The notes under the pieces were generated by a model. The model did no database searches. It was given only the letters and a program-made list of their open reading frames with translations, and had not been told where the DNA came from. A DNA stretch of 64,000 nucleotides from Clostridiales bacterium DTU074 (GTDB lineage: Bacteria > Bacillota > Clostridia > Caldicoprobacterales > Caldicoprobacteraceae), in contig LFSE01000067.1 in assembly GCA_001513075.1 (NCBI GenBank), positions 23,233 to 87,232 on the forward strand, in the 5' to 3' direction. Both the position numbers and the translations under genes were made by a program. Positions 8,883 to 18,566 of the stretch are shown piece by piece (positions within the stretch are counted from its first letter, which is position 1; every line of letters begins with the position of its first letter).

Positions 8883-10091
8883 ATGGGAAAGGGCCTTGTT
8901 ATAGGAAACAGAAGGGTAAGATTCAGGTTCTTTGTATTTTTGTTTTTGTGTATAGCAGGCTGTTACTTTATTATAGGCATGTTTGATCGTTCCTATTCCT
9001 ATGGTATTGTTGAATATGGAGAACTATTGCTAAATGATATGGGTGATGCGCTTGTTATACGTCAGGAAGAAGTATATAACGCCCCGGAATACGGGAAGGT
9101 CATCTTTCTTTTAGCTGAAGGCGAGAGTGTTGAAAAGGAACAGCCTGTAGCCATTGTTTACAAGGCTAATTTTAAAGAGGAATTGGTTTATCAGCTTTAC
9201 AATGTCAGGGAGAAGATATTAAGCTATCAGCAGGAGAATATTCTGCAGGATGTAATGGATAAGGATATAGAAAAGCTTGAAAAGGAAATCTCCGAAACCA
9301 TTATGTCCATTCAAACCTCAATAAGGGACAATCAGCTGGAGAATTTGGACAGAAAAGAAAAGAAGCTCAGGTCCTTGTTTGATAACCGGCAAAGAATGTT
9401 TGATAAAAAAGTTACTCCCGACAGCTATCTTGAGAAGCTGTATGCCCAGGAAGCCGAACTGAACGAACAGCTTGAGGAGTGGAGAGTAGAAATTGTGGCT
9501 CCGAGCCCCGGCCTTGTTAGCTTTTCCTTGGATGGTTTGGAAGAAATTCTGAGCGCCCAATCCATAAATTATCTTACTGTGCAGGATTTTGAAAACCTGA
9601 TGGATCAACAGCTTATTGAAGCTGATGATGCAACTGCACGAGATCGGCCGTTTTTCAGAATTATTAATCCTGACAAATGGTATATGGCCTGTTTAATTGA
9701 TGAACCTGTAATAGCGTATCAAGACGGCCAGCAAGTGGAAGTAAGCTTTATTGAACCGCACAACCTGACCCTTGAAGGAAAGGTATATCGCGTTCAGAAG
9801 GGAAAGGAAGGATGCCTGGTCATTGTTGAATTTAGCGATAAAGCTGCAGATATTATTAATATAAGAAGTACAAAAGCCGATATAAGCAAGAAGTTTCAAG
9901 GATTTATGGTGCCGATGGAGGCTATAAAAAAACGCCGGGGGAAAACCGGTATAATAGCTGTAAAGGGCGATGCCAGGGTTTTTATAGAAGTTAACATAAT
10001 TGCTTCCGATGAACAAAATGCTATTATAGAGAAGGAAGGTGAATCAGGGGGCTTGGAACTTCACACTAAGGTGTTGATTGAGAGGCGGTAA
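8883..10091 (+). CDS. Membrane-anchored HlyD-like (membrane-fusion / barrel-sandwich plus coiled-coil) protein
   Basis: Single N-terminal TM helix (FFVFLFLCIAGCYFIIGMF), a long charged coiled-coil segment, and beta-rich flanks. The family call comes from architecture only. Confidence 0.45.
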   Translation: MGKGLVIGNRRVRFRFFVFLFLCIAGCYFIIGMFDRSYSYGIVEYGELLLNDMGDALVIRQEEVYNAPEYGKVIFLLAEGESVEKEQPVAIVYKANFKEELVYQLYNVREKILSYQQENILQDVMDKDIEKLEKEISETIMSIQTSIRDNQLENLDRKEKKLRSLFDNRQRMFDKKVTPDSYLEKLYAQEAELNEQLEEWRVEIVAPSPGLVSFSLDGLEEILSAQSINYLTVQDFENLMDQQLIEADDATARDRPFFRIINPDKWYMACLIDEPVIAYQDGQQVEVSFIEPHNLTLEGKVYRVQKGKEGCLVIVEFSDKAADIINIRSTKADISKKFQGFMVPMEAIKKRRGKTGIIAVKGDARVFIEVNIIASDEQNAIIEKEGESGGLELHTKVLIERR

Positions 10092-10095
10092 ACAA

Positions 10096-10782
10096 ATGAA
10101 TATCCAGCGGAATATAAAAAAGGTGATGGAAAGGATTTCAGAAGCTGCCTATAGATCCGGCAGGCAGCCAGATGATATAATTCTGGTGGCTGTTACAAAG
10201 TCGGTGAATCCGAATAATGTAATTAGCGCAATCAATACTGGTATAGAACATATTGGCGAGAACAGGGTACAGGAATTTTTAAAGAAAGAGGGTGTTATCC
10301 CCGAGGGTGTAAAACGGCATTTTATTGGCAGATTGCAGACCAACAAGGTTAAGTACATCATTGATAAGGTAGACCTCATCCACTCATTGGATCGCTTGGA
10401 TTTAGCCCGGGAGATTGATAAAAGAGCTGCAAATGTTGATAGAATAATGCCAGTGTTGGTCCAGGTAAATATTGCCAGAGAAGCGACCAAAGCAGGCGTT
10501 ATGAAGGAAAAGCTGTATGAATTTATCGAGAGTTTGACACCCTTTACCCATATAAAGGTTAAGGGGTTAATGACGATTGCTCCTTTTTCTGAAAATGGCA
10601 AGGATATTCGACGTTACTTTGCGGAAATGAAGGAGTTGTATCAAAAGCTTGCTAATAAAAAGTATCCCAACGTTGAAATGGAGTACCTATCCATGGGTAT
10701 GACCAATGATTATGAAGTCGCTATAGAGGAAGGGGCGAACATGGTCAGGATTGGGAGAGCAATCTTTGGGGAAAGATATTAG
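10096..10782 (+). CDS. yggS: YggS/YlmE family pyridoxal-phosphate homeostasis protein
   Basis: 'ILVAVTKSV...IEHIGENRVQE...HFIGRLQTNKVK...LSMGMTNDYEVAIEEGANMVRIG' are classic YggS blocks. The start was moved to ATG 10096, just after the upstream stop. Confidence 0.9.
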   Translation: MNIQRNIKKVMERISEAAYRSGRQPDDIILVAVTKSVNPNNVISAINTGIEHIGENRVQEFLKKEGVIPEGVKRHFIGRLQTNKVKYIIDKVDLIHSLDRLDLAREIDKRAANVDRIMPVLVQVNIAREATKAGVMKEKLYEFIESLTPFTHIKVKGLMTIAPFSENGKDIRRYFAEMKELYQKLANKKYPNVEMEYLSMGMTNDYEVAIEEGANMVRIGRAIFGERY

Positions 10783-10796
10783 AAGGAGGAAATTCT

Positions 10797-11279
10797 ATGG
10801 CAGGGAAGATATTCAATAAAATATTGAATTTTATCGGGCTGGAGGAGACCATCATAGAAGAACCCGAGGAGATAAATGAGGATGACCAGTTTCAGAATAA
10901 CAATGATGAAATCATAGAGCCCTCTTTTCGTTCCAAACAGAAAAGGGGGAAAGTAGTAAATATACATACGTCATCGTATATTAAAGTTGTAATTTATCAA
11001 CCCACCTCCTTTGATGATACTCAAAGTATAATAAATAGTTTAAAAACGCGAAAGCCCATTGTCGTAAATCTGGAATCTCTGGATGCCAATATGGCTCAAA
11101 GGGTTTTGGATTTTATCAGCGGGGGAGTATATGCTCTTGACGGTACCATACAGAAAGTCTCCAGGGGGATCTTTGTTTTGGCTCCGAGCAATATAGATAT
11201 AATAGGGAATATTCCGGACGAGTTAAAGGGCAAGAGTTTTTTTACACTGGCAAATATAAAAGATAGCAGTTATGAATAG
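10797..11279 (+). CDS. sepF: Cell division protein SepF
   Basis: 160 aa. C-terminal domain 'VVIYQPTSFDDTQSIINSLKTRKPIVVNLESLD...AQRVLDFISGGVYALDGTIQKVSRGIFVLAP'. Position is conserved between yggS and yggT. Confidence 0.9.
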   Translation: MAGKIFNKILNFIGLEETIIEEPEEINEDDQFQNNNDEIIEPSFRSKQKRGKVVNIHTSSYIKVVIYQPTSFDDTQSIINSLKTRKPIVVNLESLDANMAQRVLDFISGGVYALDGTIQKVSRGIFVLAPSNIDIIGNIPDELKGKSFFTLANIKDSSYE

Positions 11280-11290
11280 GGGGCAAGAGA

Positions 11291-11599
11291 TTGTTATATA
11301 TGATCATAATAAATATTGTGAGAGGTATACGTTGGTTTCTTAATATACTGTCATGGCTTATAATTGTAAATGCTCTGTTGTCCTGGTTTATGGCTCCAAC
11401 CCATCCCGTGCGATCTTTTTTGATGCGACTGATAGAGCCAATCGTAAGGCCTTTCCGCCGGCTTACCAGCAGGTTAAACACCTCGGGCTTTCCTATTGAT
11501 TTTTCCCCTTTGCTTGCTTATTTTGCTATTTTAATCCTGCTTGAGGTGTTAAGAGCTTTAGAAAGCTATCTGATACGAAGGCTCTGGTTTTTTGGATAA
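11291..11599 (+). CDS. yggT: YggT/YlmG family membrane protein
   Basis: About 100 aa and 2 TM helices. 'LSWLIIVNALLSWF' and 'DFSPLLAYFAILILL' are typical. The synteny matches. Confidence 0.8.
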   Translation: MLYMIIINIVRGIRWFLNILSWLIIVNALLSWFMAPTHPVRSFLMRLIEPIVRPFRRLTSRLNTSGFPIDFSPLLAYFAILILLEVLRALESYLIRRLWFFG

Positions 11600-11697
11600 A
11601 TAGCATGGCGTTATTCTATTAAGGGGTGTGCGGCTGTGTTACCGAATGTTTCATGGTATAAGGACGGGACCGCCACCGCGAAAGGGAGGTTATTGAT

Positions 11698-12168
11698 ATG
11701 CCTTTGACACCTGTTGATATACATAACAAGGAATTTTCAAGAACTTTCAGAGGTTATAACGAGGATGAGGTAGATCAATTCCTGGATCTGATTGTTGAAG
11801 ACTTTGAAAAGCTTTATAAGGAAAACTTCGAACTCAAAGAGCGATTAAGTATGTTGAAAGAACAGGTGGAATACTATAAAACCATGGAAGCGACTTTAAA
11901 GGACACTTTGATAACAGCGCAGAAAACGGCTGAAGAAGTGGAAGCGTCAGCTCATAAAAAGGCTGAACTTATAATAGAAGAAGCGGAACAGGAAGCCCAA
12001 AAAATTATACAAAACGCCAATGAACAGGTGCTAAGGATACGTTTGGAATATGAGGAAACCAAAAAGCAAATACAGCTCTTTAAAGCCAGATTTAAAGCTT
12101 TAATGGAGACATGTTTACAAGCCATCGAACAGGAAAGTGCAGAAACGGTTGAGGAGAGGCTGGGTTGA
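11698..12168 (+). CDS. divIVA: DivIVA family cell-division/polarity protein
   Basis: The N-terminus 'MPLTPVDIHNKEFSRTFRGYNEDEVDQFLD' is the canonical DivIVA lipid-binding domain. A coiled coil follows. Confidence 0.92.
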   Translation: MPLTPVDIHNKEFSRTFRGYNEDEVDQFLDLIVEDFEKLYKENFELKERLSMLKEQVEYYKTMEATLKDTLITAQKTAEEVEASAHKKAELIIEEAEQEAQKIIQNANEQVLRIRLEYEETKKQIQLFKARFKALMETCLQAIEQESAETVEERLG

Positions 12169-12222
12169 GGGGTTTGCACTTGGACTTTTGGTGCTGGTGT
12201 AAAGCGGATAAAAAGGCATTAT

Positions 12223-12259
12223 GGGGATATACTCTTTATTGTATATCCCTTTATTTTTT
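12223..12259 (+). terminator. Rho-independent terminator after divIVA
   Basis: Stem gggatatac/gtatatccc, loop tctttatt, followed by tttatttttt. Confidence 0.75.
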
Positions 12260-12264
12260 GGGAG

Positions 12265-12582
12265 ATGGATGATGTAAAGATGAAACGAAGACTGGCTGGT
12301 GAAAAAAACACTGTGCGCAATCAGTTGACAGTCATAGAGGAAATAGCAAGAACCTTTGAAAAGATGAGATTTGGCGAATATATAGAATATCTGAACGATA
12401 CAAGAAGGATGATACGTACCAATTTCATAGCCGGGCTTGCCAGGGGTTTTGGAATGGCTGTGGGATTCACCGTATTGGGGGCTCTGGCGCTGTATTTTTT
12501 AACCCAGTTGGCCAACAAAAATTTACCTATAATCGGCGGCTTTATAGCCGAAATAGTAAAGATTGTGAGACAGCATCTTTAA
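12265..12582 (+). CDS. Small membrane protein (DUF5665-like)
   Basis: 105 aa. Charged N-terminus, then the glycine-rich hydrophobic segment 'NFIAGLARGFGMAVGFTVLGALALYFL'. The family name is recalled from memory and was not verified. Confidence 0.45.
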   Translation: MDDVKMKRRLAGEKNTVRNQLTVIEEIARTFEKMRFGEYIEYLNDTRRMIRTNFIAGLARGFGMAVGFTVLGALALYFLTQLANKNLPIIGGFIAEIVKIVRQHL

Positions 12583-12610
12583 TGATGAAATATGAAACGG
12601 AGGAACGATA

Positions 12611-13012
12611 ATGAAGGACTATGAAATTAGATATCTGAGAAAAAAACTGATTGAAGAACAGCAGAAAGTGGAATCACAGCTACAGCGGGCAAAAGAATAT
12701 AATTATGGCATCGGTCAATCGGTTGGAAATGGTATAGGAGAATTATCCACATACGATAATCATCCGGCAGATTTGGGGTCCGAAACCTTTGAACAGGAAA
12801 AGCTTATGACCCTTAGAAACCAGCAGTTGGAATACCTGGCAGATATTCGTGATTCTCTGAACAGGATTGACAGGGGAACCTACGGGATATGTGTATACTG
12901 CGGGGCGGATATCGGCTTTGAACGCCTGGATTCATACCCGACGGCGAAGCTGTGTATAGGCTGTCAGAAAGGTGAGAAGGAAGAAGAAATCGGTACGAAT
13001 AGATCATATTGA
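12611..13012 (+). CDS. TraR/DksA-family C4 zinc-finger protein (YteA-like)
   Basis: C-terminal 'CVYCGADIGFERLDSYPTAKLCIGCQ' zinc finger preceded by a coiled-coil region. 133 aa. Confidence 0.8.
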   Translation: MKDYEIRYLRKKLIEEQQKVESQLQRAKEYNYGIGQSVGNGIGELSTYDNHPADLGSETFEQEKLMTLRNQQLEYLADIRDSLNRIDRGTYGICVYCGADIGFERLDSYPTAKLCIGCQKGEKEEEIGTNRSY

Positions 13013-13106
13013 GGGCAATAACTGAAATATTGCTGCGAAAGGTGCTTCTCTTGTGGTATAATCTAAACTGGTCATACACAGGTTAACAGAGAAAGAGGGG
13101 AGCATC

Positions 13107-13568
13107 ATGCTGCAGGCAATTATTGTAATTCTTGTTGTTGTACTGGATCAGGTGTCCAAATATTTGGCAAAACATTATCTTAAGCCAATTGGATCGGTGC
13201 AGCTGATCCCAAAAATTTTTCATTTCACCTATGTTGAAAACAGAGGTGCTGCGTTTGGAATACTGCAAAATCAAAGGTGGTTTTTTATAGCAATAACGGT
13301 AGTTGTTGCGGTTGCCATAGTTTATTATATGTATACGCATAGCAGCGAAAACCTGCTTTTAACCATTGCCCTTTCAATGATACTTGGAGGCGCAATAGGG
13401 AATCTTATCGACAGGATTCGTTTGGGCTATGTAGTGGATATGTTTCACTTCATACTCATAGATTACCCGGTTTTTAATGTTGCCGATTCATTCGTAGTTA
13501 TAGGCACCATCCTTCTGGCATATTATATCCTTTTTATAGCCGGTTCAAAAGAGGGCAGTATAAGTTAG
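13107..13568 (+). CDS. lspA: Lipoprotein signal peptidase (signal peptidase II)
   Basis: 'DQVSK', 'NRGAAFG', 'GGAIGNLIDR' and 'FNVADSFVVIG' are the LspA signature blocks. 4 TM helices. Confidence 0.92.
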   Translation: MLQAIIVILVVVLDQVSKYLAKHYLKPIGSVQLIPKIFHFTYVENRGAAFGILQNQRWFFIAITVVVAVAIVYYMYTHSSENLLLTIALSMILGGAIGNLIDRIRLGYVVDMFHFILIDYPVFNVADSFVVIGTILLAYYILFIAGSKEGSIS

Positions 13569-13577
13569 GTGCTGTAT

Positions 13578-14498
13578 ATGGAAACGATAAGGATAGAAGT
13601 CGGACAATCGGAGGAAGGAAAAAGAATTGATGTATTTTTGGCCGATAAGTTTCCGCAGCATTCTCGTTCGTATATCCAAAAGCTTCTCAAAGACGGCTTT
13701 GTATTGGTAGACGGTGGCAAGGTCAAGCAAAACCATCGGGTGAGAGCTGGAAGCACCATTGAAATGAATATACCGCCTCCCAAAGAGATTTCTTTGGAAC
13801 CAGAAGCCATGGAGCTGGATATTGTTTATGAGGATGATGACATTGTGGTTGTGAATAAGCCCCAGGGTATGGTAGTGCATCCCGCACCCGGGAATTATTC
13901 CGGTACTCTGGTCAATGCCCTTCTGCATAGATGCAGCCAGCTGTCGGGGATTGGTGGGGTTATACGGCCTGGGATCGTGCATCGCCTGGATAAGGATACT
14001 TCGGGCCTGCTTGTAGTAGCAAAAAATGATACCGCCCATAAAAAGCTTTCGCAGCAAATTAAAGATAGGTTGGTCAGGAGGGTTTACTGGTGTATTGTTG
14101 AGAACAATATAAAGGAGGATAGGGGTGTTATAAGAGCACCAATCGGCCGCCATCCCGTTAACAGGAAAAAGATGGCGGTAATATGGGGCCCGAATGCCAG
14201 GGAGGCCATAACCCATTTTCGGGTTATGGAAAGATTTGGGGAATACACGCTGGTGGAAGTGGTGCTGGAGACTGGCAGAACCCACCAGATAAGGGTGCAT
14301 ATGGCCTATATGGGAAACCCCGTTGTTGGCGACGGGACCTATGGCTCAAAGAAACGGGAGTTTAAACTAAATGGCCAGGCCCTGCATGCCAAGAAGCTGG
14401 GGCTTTTCCACCCATCAACAGGGCAATACATGGAGTTTGAAGCGGCTCTCCCCGATTACTTTGAAGAGCTGCTAAAACTGCTGAGGGAAAACTTTTGA
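13578..14498 (+). CDS. rluD: 23S rRNA pseudouridine synthase, RluD/RluA family
   Basis: N-terminal S4 domain (RIDVFLA), catalytic 'HRLDKDTSGLLVVAKN', and 'GRTHQIRVH'. The start could be GTG 13569 or ATG 13578. Confidence 0.9.
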   Translation: METIRIEVGQSEEGKRIDVFLADKFPQHSRSYIQKLLKDGFVLVDGGKVKQNHRVRAGSTIEMNIPPPKEISLEPEAMELDIVYEDDDIVVVNKPQGMVVHPAPGNYSGTLVNALLHRCSQLSGIGGVIRPGIVHRLDKDTSGLLVVAKNDTAHKKLSQQIKDRLVRRVYWCIVENNIKEDRGVIRAPIGRHPVNRKKMAVIWGPNAREAITHFRVMERFGEYTLVEVVLETGRTHQIRVHMAYMGNPVVGDGTYGSKKREFKLNGQALHAKKLGLFHPSTGQYMEFEAALPDYFEELLKLLRENF

Positions 14499-14514
14499 AA
14501 TTTTAAAATTGCCC

Positions 14515-15217
<703 letters not shown>

Positions 15218-15224
15218 TTTCCCT

Positions 15225-15313
15225 TTAATACAGTCCCGTGAGGCTGTCAAGGGAAGACGGAAAAGACGAATTTTCCTTCAAATGCCTTGATAGCCGCTAT
15301 CAAGGCATTTTTT
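15225..15313 (+). promoter_or_regulatory. PyrR-dependent attenuator 2 (pyrR-pyrB intergenic)
   Basis: 'cagtcccgtgaggctg' (15231-46) resembles the PyrR binding loop (AGUCCAGAGAGGCU). The terminator aatgccttgata gccg ctatcaaggcatttttt lies at 15281-15313. tcaagg (15247-52) can pair with ccttga (15285-90) as an antiterminator. Confidence 0.75.
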
Positions 15314-15336
15314 CATATAACGAGGCAGGTGGGATA

Positions 15337-16272
15337 ATGGCATTGAAGAATAAGGATTTACTCGGTCTCAGAGGTTTATCCAAGGATGAGATAGAAGAGA
15401 TACTTGATACAGCTGAGCTAATGAAATACATTCTGGAGCAGGATCATAAAAGGACTCCCCATCTACAGGGAAGATCCATTGTTACCCTGTTTTATGAAAA
15501 CAGTACAAGAACCAGGCTGTCATTTGAGCTTGCCAGTAAATACATGAGCGCCAGCATGGCCAATGTGTCAGCTTCATCCAGCAGCGTAGCCAAAGGAGAA
15601 AGCCTTATAGATACCGGAAAGACCATCGAGAGCATGGGAGCGGATGTGATAGTGATCCGCCACCCTGTCTCGGGTGCGCCTCATCTTTTGGCCAAACATG
15701 TTAAGGCGTCGGTTATAAATGCAGGCGACGGAATCAATGAACATCCGACTCAAGCGCTGCTGGACATGTTTACAATAAGGCAGAAGAAAGGGACCTTGTG
15801 TAAACTAAAAGTAGCGATTATTGGGGATATTCTTCACAGCAGAGTGGCCCGGAGCAATATCTGGGGTTTAACCACCATGGGAGCTGAGGTAAGGGTAGCC
15901 GGGCCCGCCACCCTGATACCTCCGGATATTGAAGGTATGGGGGTTAAGGTCTTCTACAACGCCGATAATGCCATAAAGGGTGCCGATGTGGTTATGGGAT
16001 TAAGGCTTCAGAAGGAACGACAACAGAAGGGCTTGCTTCCTTCAATTAGAGAATACACCAGCTTGTTTGGCATAAACAGAGAGAGAATGCTGCTGGCACG
16101 TAAGGATGCGCTGATCATGCATCCCGGCCCTATAAATAGGGGTGTGGAAATATCATCCGATATTGCAGATGGAGAACAATCAAGCATAAATGAGCAGGTT
16201 ACCAACGGTGTAGCCGTTCGTATGGCCCTTCTCTATCTGCTGACCAGGAGGAATAAGGATGCTATGCATTAA
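15337..16272 (+). CDS. pyrB: Aspartate carbamoyltransferase catalytic subunit
   Basis: 'FYENSTRTR', 'HPTQALLD' and 'HPGPINRG' motifs. True start is ATG 15337; codons 15238-15336 of the ORF cover the attenuator. Confidence 0.93.
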   Translation: MALKNKDLLGLRGLSKDEIEEILDTAELMKYILEQDHKRTPHLQGRSIVTLFYENSTRTRLSFELASKYMSASMANVSASSSSVAKGESLIDTGKTIESMGADVIVIRHPVSGAPHLLAKHVKASVINAGDGINEHPTQALLDMFTIRQKKGTLCKLKVAIIGDILHSRVARSNIWGLTTMGAEVRVAGPATLIPPDIEGMGVKVFYNADNAIKGADVVMGLRLQKERQQKGLLPSIREYTSLFGINRERMLLARKDALIMHPGPINRGVEISSDIADGEQSSINEQVTNGVAVRMALLYLLTRRNKDAMH

Positions 16273-17545
16273 GAATGGAATTGTAGTTGACGGTGTCAGT
16301 CCTAAACCTTATAAAGCGGATATATTGGTGGACGGGGATAAAATAGTTGAAATTGATTATGGGCTTTCAACGTCTGCAGATACAGTTATAGATGCCACCG
16401 GCAAATATGTATTGCCTGGCTTGGTGGATGCCCATTGTCATCTGAGGGAACCCGGTTTTGAGTATAAGGAAGATATTGGTTCCGGAACCAGAAGTGCGGT
16501 GGCGGGTGGATTTACCAGCATTGCTTGCATGCCCAATACCAAGCCGGTGGTGGATAACGGGGCACTGGTCCGATTTATTAAAATGCGGGCCAGGGAAGAA
16601 GAAGCTGCCAAGGTTTACCCAATAGCAGCCGTTACCAAAGGGCTAAACGGTGAGGAGCTGACCGAAATGTGGGAACTTAAGGAGGCGGGGGCCGTTGCTT
16701 TATCCGACGATGGGAGGCCGATTATGAATTCAAGGATAATGCGGCTGGCCCTTCAGTATGCCAAAGGCCTTCATATGTTAATAATTTCCCACTGTGAGGA
16801 TTTAGAGCTGGCCGGGGATGGGGTTATGAATGAGGGGTACATGTCGACGGTTCTGGGGTTTAAGGGAATAAGCCGGGCTGCCGAGGAAGTGATGGTGGCC
16901 AGGGATATAATTTTGGCCGAAACACTGGATGCGCCCATCCATATTGCTCATGTGAGCACAAGGGGATCGGTGGAACTGATTCGGCAGGCCAAAAGAAGGG
17001 GCGTAAAAGTAACATGCGAGACAGCTCCCCATTATTTTTCGGCAACCGATGAGTGGGTGGATGGATATGACGCCAATACCAAGGTCAATCCTCCCCTGCG
17101 AACCGGGGATGATGTTGAAGCTATCAAGGAAGGGTTGAGGGACGGGACGATAGATATCATTGCTACCGACCATGCGCCTCACCACAGGGATGAAAAGGAA
17201 GTGGAATACAGCCTGGCTGCAAGCGGCATATCTGGCTTTGAAACGGCGTTTTCCCTTGCCTATACACACCTGGTGGAAGCGGGTGTAATTTCCCTCCCCC
17301 AACTTGTCGAAAAGATGAGCAAAAGGCCGGCGGAAATATTGAATATCGAGGGCGGAAAGCTTGAGGTTGGAAAAACGGCCGATATCATAGTGGTGGATCT
17401 TGCAAGAGTTTTTACCGTGGATGTGTCGCAATTCTATTCAAAGGGCAAAAACTCCCCCTTCCACGGCCATACCCTGAAAGGAAAGGTGGTTCATACCATT
17501 GTGGACGGAAGGGTGATTATGGAGAACGAAAGAATAACGGTTTGA
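16259..17545 (+). CDS. pyrC: Dihydroorotase
   Basis: '[10 protein letters not shown]', 'HIAHVST' and 'ATDHAPH' metal-ligand blocks. 428 aa. Confidence 0.93.
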   Translation: MLCIKNGIVVDGVSPKPYKADILVDGDKIVEIDYGLSTSADTVIDATGKYVLPGLVDAHCHLREPGFEYKEDIGSGTRSAVAGGFTSIACMPNTKPVVDNGALVRFIKMRAREEEAAKVYPIAAVTKGLNGEELTEMWELKEAGAVALSDDGRPIMNSRIMRLALQYAKGLHMLIISHCEDLELAGDGVMNEGYMSTVLGFKGISRAAEEVMVARDIILAETLDAPIHIAHVSTRGSVELIRQAKRRGVKVTCETAPHYFSATDEWVDGYDANTKVNPPLRTGDDVEAIKEGLRDGTIDIIATDHAPHHRDEKEVEYSLAASGISGFETAFSLAYTHLVEAGVISLPQLVEKMSKRPAEILNIEGGKLEVGKTADIIVVDLARVFTVDVSQFYSKGKNSPFHGHTLKGKVVHTIVDGRVIMENERITV

Positions 17546-17560
17546 CAGGAGGATGGTATT

Positions 17561-18505
17561 TTGATAGACAGGCTTATAGAGCGGATAATTGCAAAAAAGA
17601 ATCCCTCCGTGGTTGGTCTTGATACCATGCTGGAATATGTGCCGGAGCATGTGGTTAACAACTACGGCAGGCAACGGCTCGATCTTGAAGGAACCGCCAA
17701 TGCCATATATGAGTTTAACAGAGCCATTATAGATGCGGTGTACGAGTATGTTCCGGCCGTTAAACTGCAGACAGCCTATTATGAACTCTATGGTCCCCAT
17801 GGCCTGGAGACCTTCAGAAAAACTGCAGAATACGCCAGATCAAAAGATCTGCTGGTTATAGGGGATATCAAACGAAGTGATATTGGCCCCACCGCAAAGG
17901 CTTATGCCAGCGCTTATATGGGACAAACGCAGCTTAATAATGACGCCATTAGGGTTTATGATCTGGATTTTGTGACGGTAAATCCCTATCTGGGCAGCGA
18001 TGGTGTGATGCCGTTTGTTGAAGTCTGCAAAAAATATGGTAAGGGCATATTTGTGCTGGTTAAGACATCAAACCCTTCCTCGGGCGAGTTTCAGGATTTA
18101 AATGTAGGTACCGGGAAGCTGTATCATTGGGTTGCTGCCAAGGTCAATGAATGGGGCCGGGAGCTTGCAGGTTCAACAGGATACAGCCGGGTAGGAGCTG
18201 TGGTAGGAGCAACTTATCCCAAGCAGTTGGAAGAGTTAAGAAAGCGTATGCCCGGCGTGTATTTTCTCATACCTGGCTACGGTGCCCAGGGTGGCGGTGT
18301 GGAGGATGTTCTGAGCGGTTTTAATGATGACGGACTTGGAGCGATTATCAATTCCTCCCGCAGCGTTATATGCGCATATATGCGCAGTCCATGGAAGGAA
18401 GAGTTCCCACCCCGGCGATTTGCTGATGCTGCCAGGGCGGAAGTGCTTAGAATGAGGCGGGAGATCGATACCGGCTTATCCAAAAAAGGATTAAGGCCAT
18501 GGTAA
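17561..18505 (+). CDS. pyrF: Orotidine 5'-phosphate decarboxylase, long (type 2) form
   Basis: 314 aa. 'VVGLD', 'GDIKRSDIGPTA' and 'IPGYGAQGG'. TTG start with an aggagg RBS. Confidence 0.88.
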   Translation: MIDRLIERIIAKKNPSVVGLDTMLEYVPEHVVNNYGRQRLDLEGTANAIYEFNRAIIDAVYEYVPAVKLQTAYYELYGPHGLETFRKTAEYARSKDLLVIGDIKRSDIGPTAKAYASAYMGQTQLNNDAIRVYDLDFVTVNPYLGSDGVMPFVEVCKKYGKGIFVLVKTSNPSSGEFQDLNVGTGKLYHWVAAKVNEWGRELAGSTGYSRVGAVVGATYPKQLEELRKRMPGVYFLIPGYGAQGGGVEDVLSGFNDDGLGAIINSSRSVICAYMRSPWKEEFPPRRFADAARAEVLRMRREIDTGLSKKGLRPW

Positions 18506-18566
18506 GGCATAACAGGCATATAACGCATCATTATGTGATCAACATGTGGTAAAGGAGTTGAAAAAC

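Noticed and set aside
13545-14300. A 251-aa ORF on the minus strand
   Set aside because: It is fully antisense to rluD, whose motifs are unambiguous. Its translation is low-complexity and rich in P, H and Y, which marks it as a shadow ORF.
15238-15336. The first 33 codons of ORF 15238..16272 as an N-terminal extension of PyrB
   Set aside because: This stretch contains the PyrR binding loop and an intrinsic terminator with a T-run. ATG 15337 gives a canonical PyrB N-terminus.
16802-17431. A 209-aa minus-strand ORF
   Set aside because: It is antisense to pyrC, has no recognisable motifs, and is a shadow ORF.
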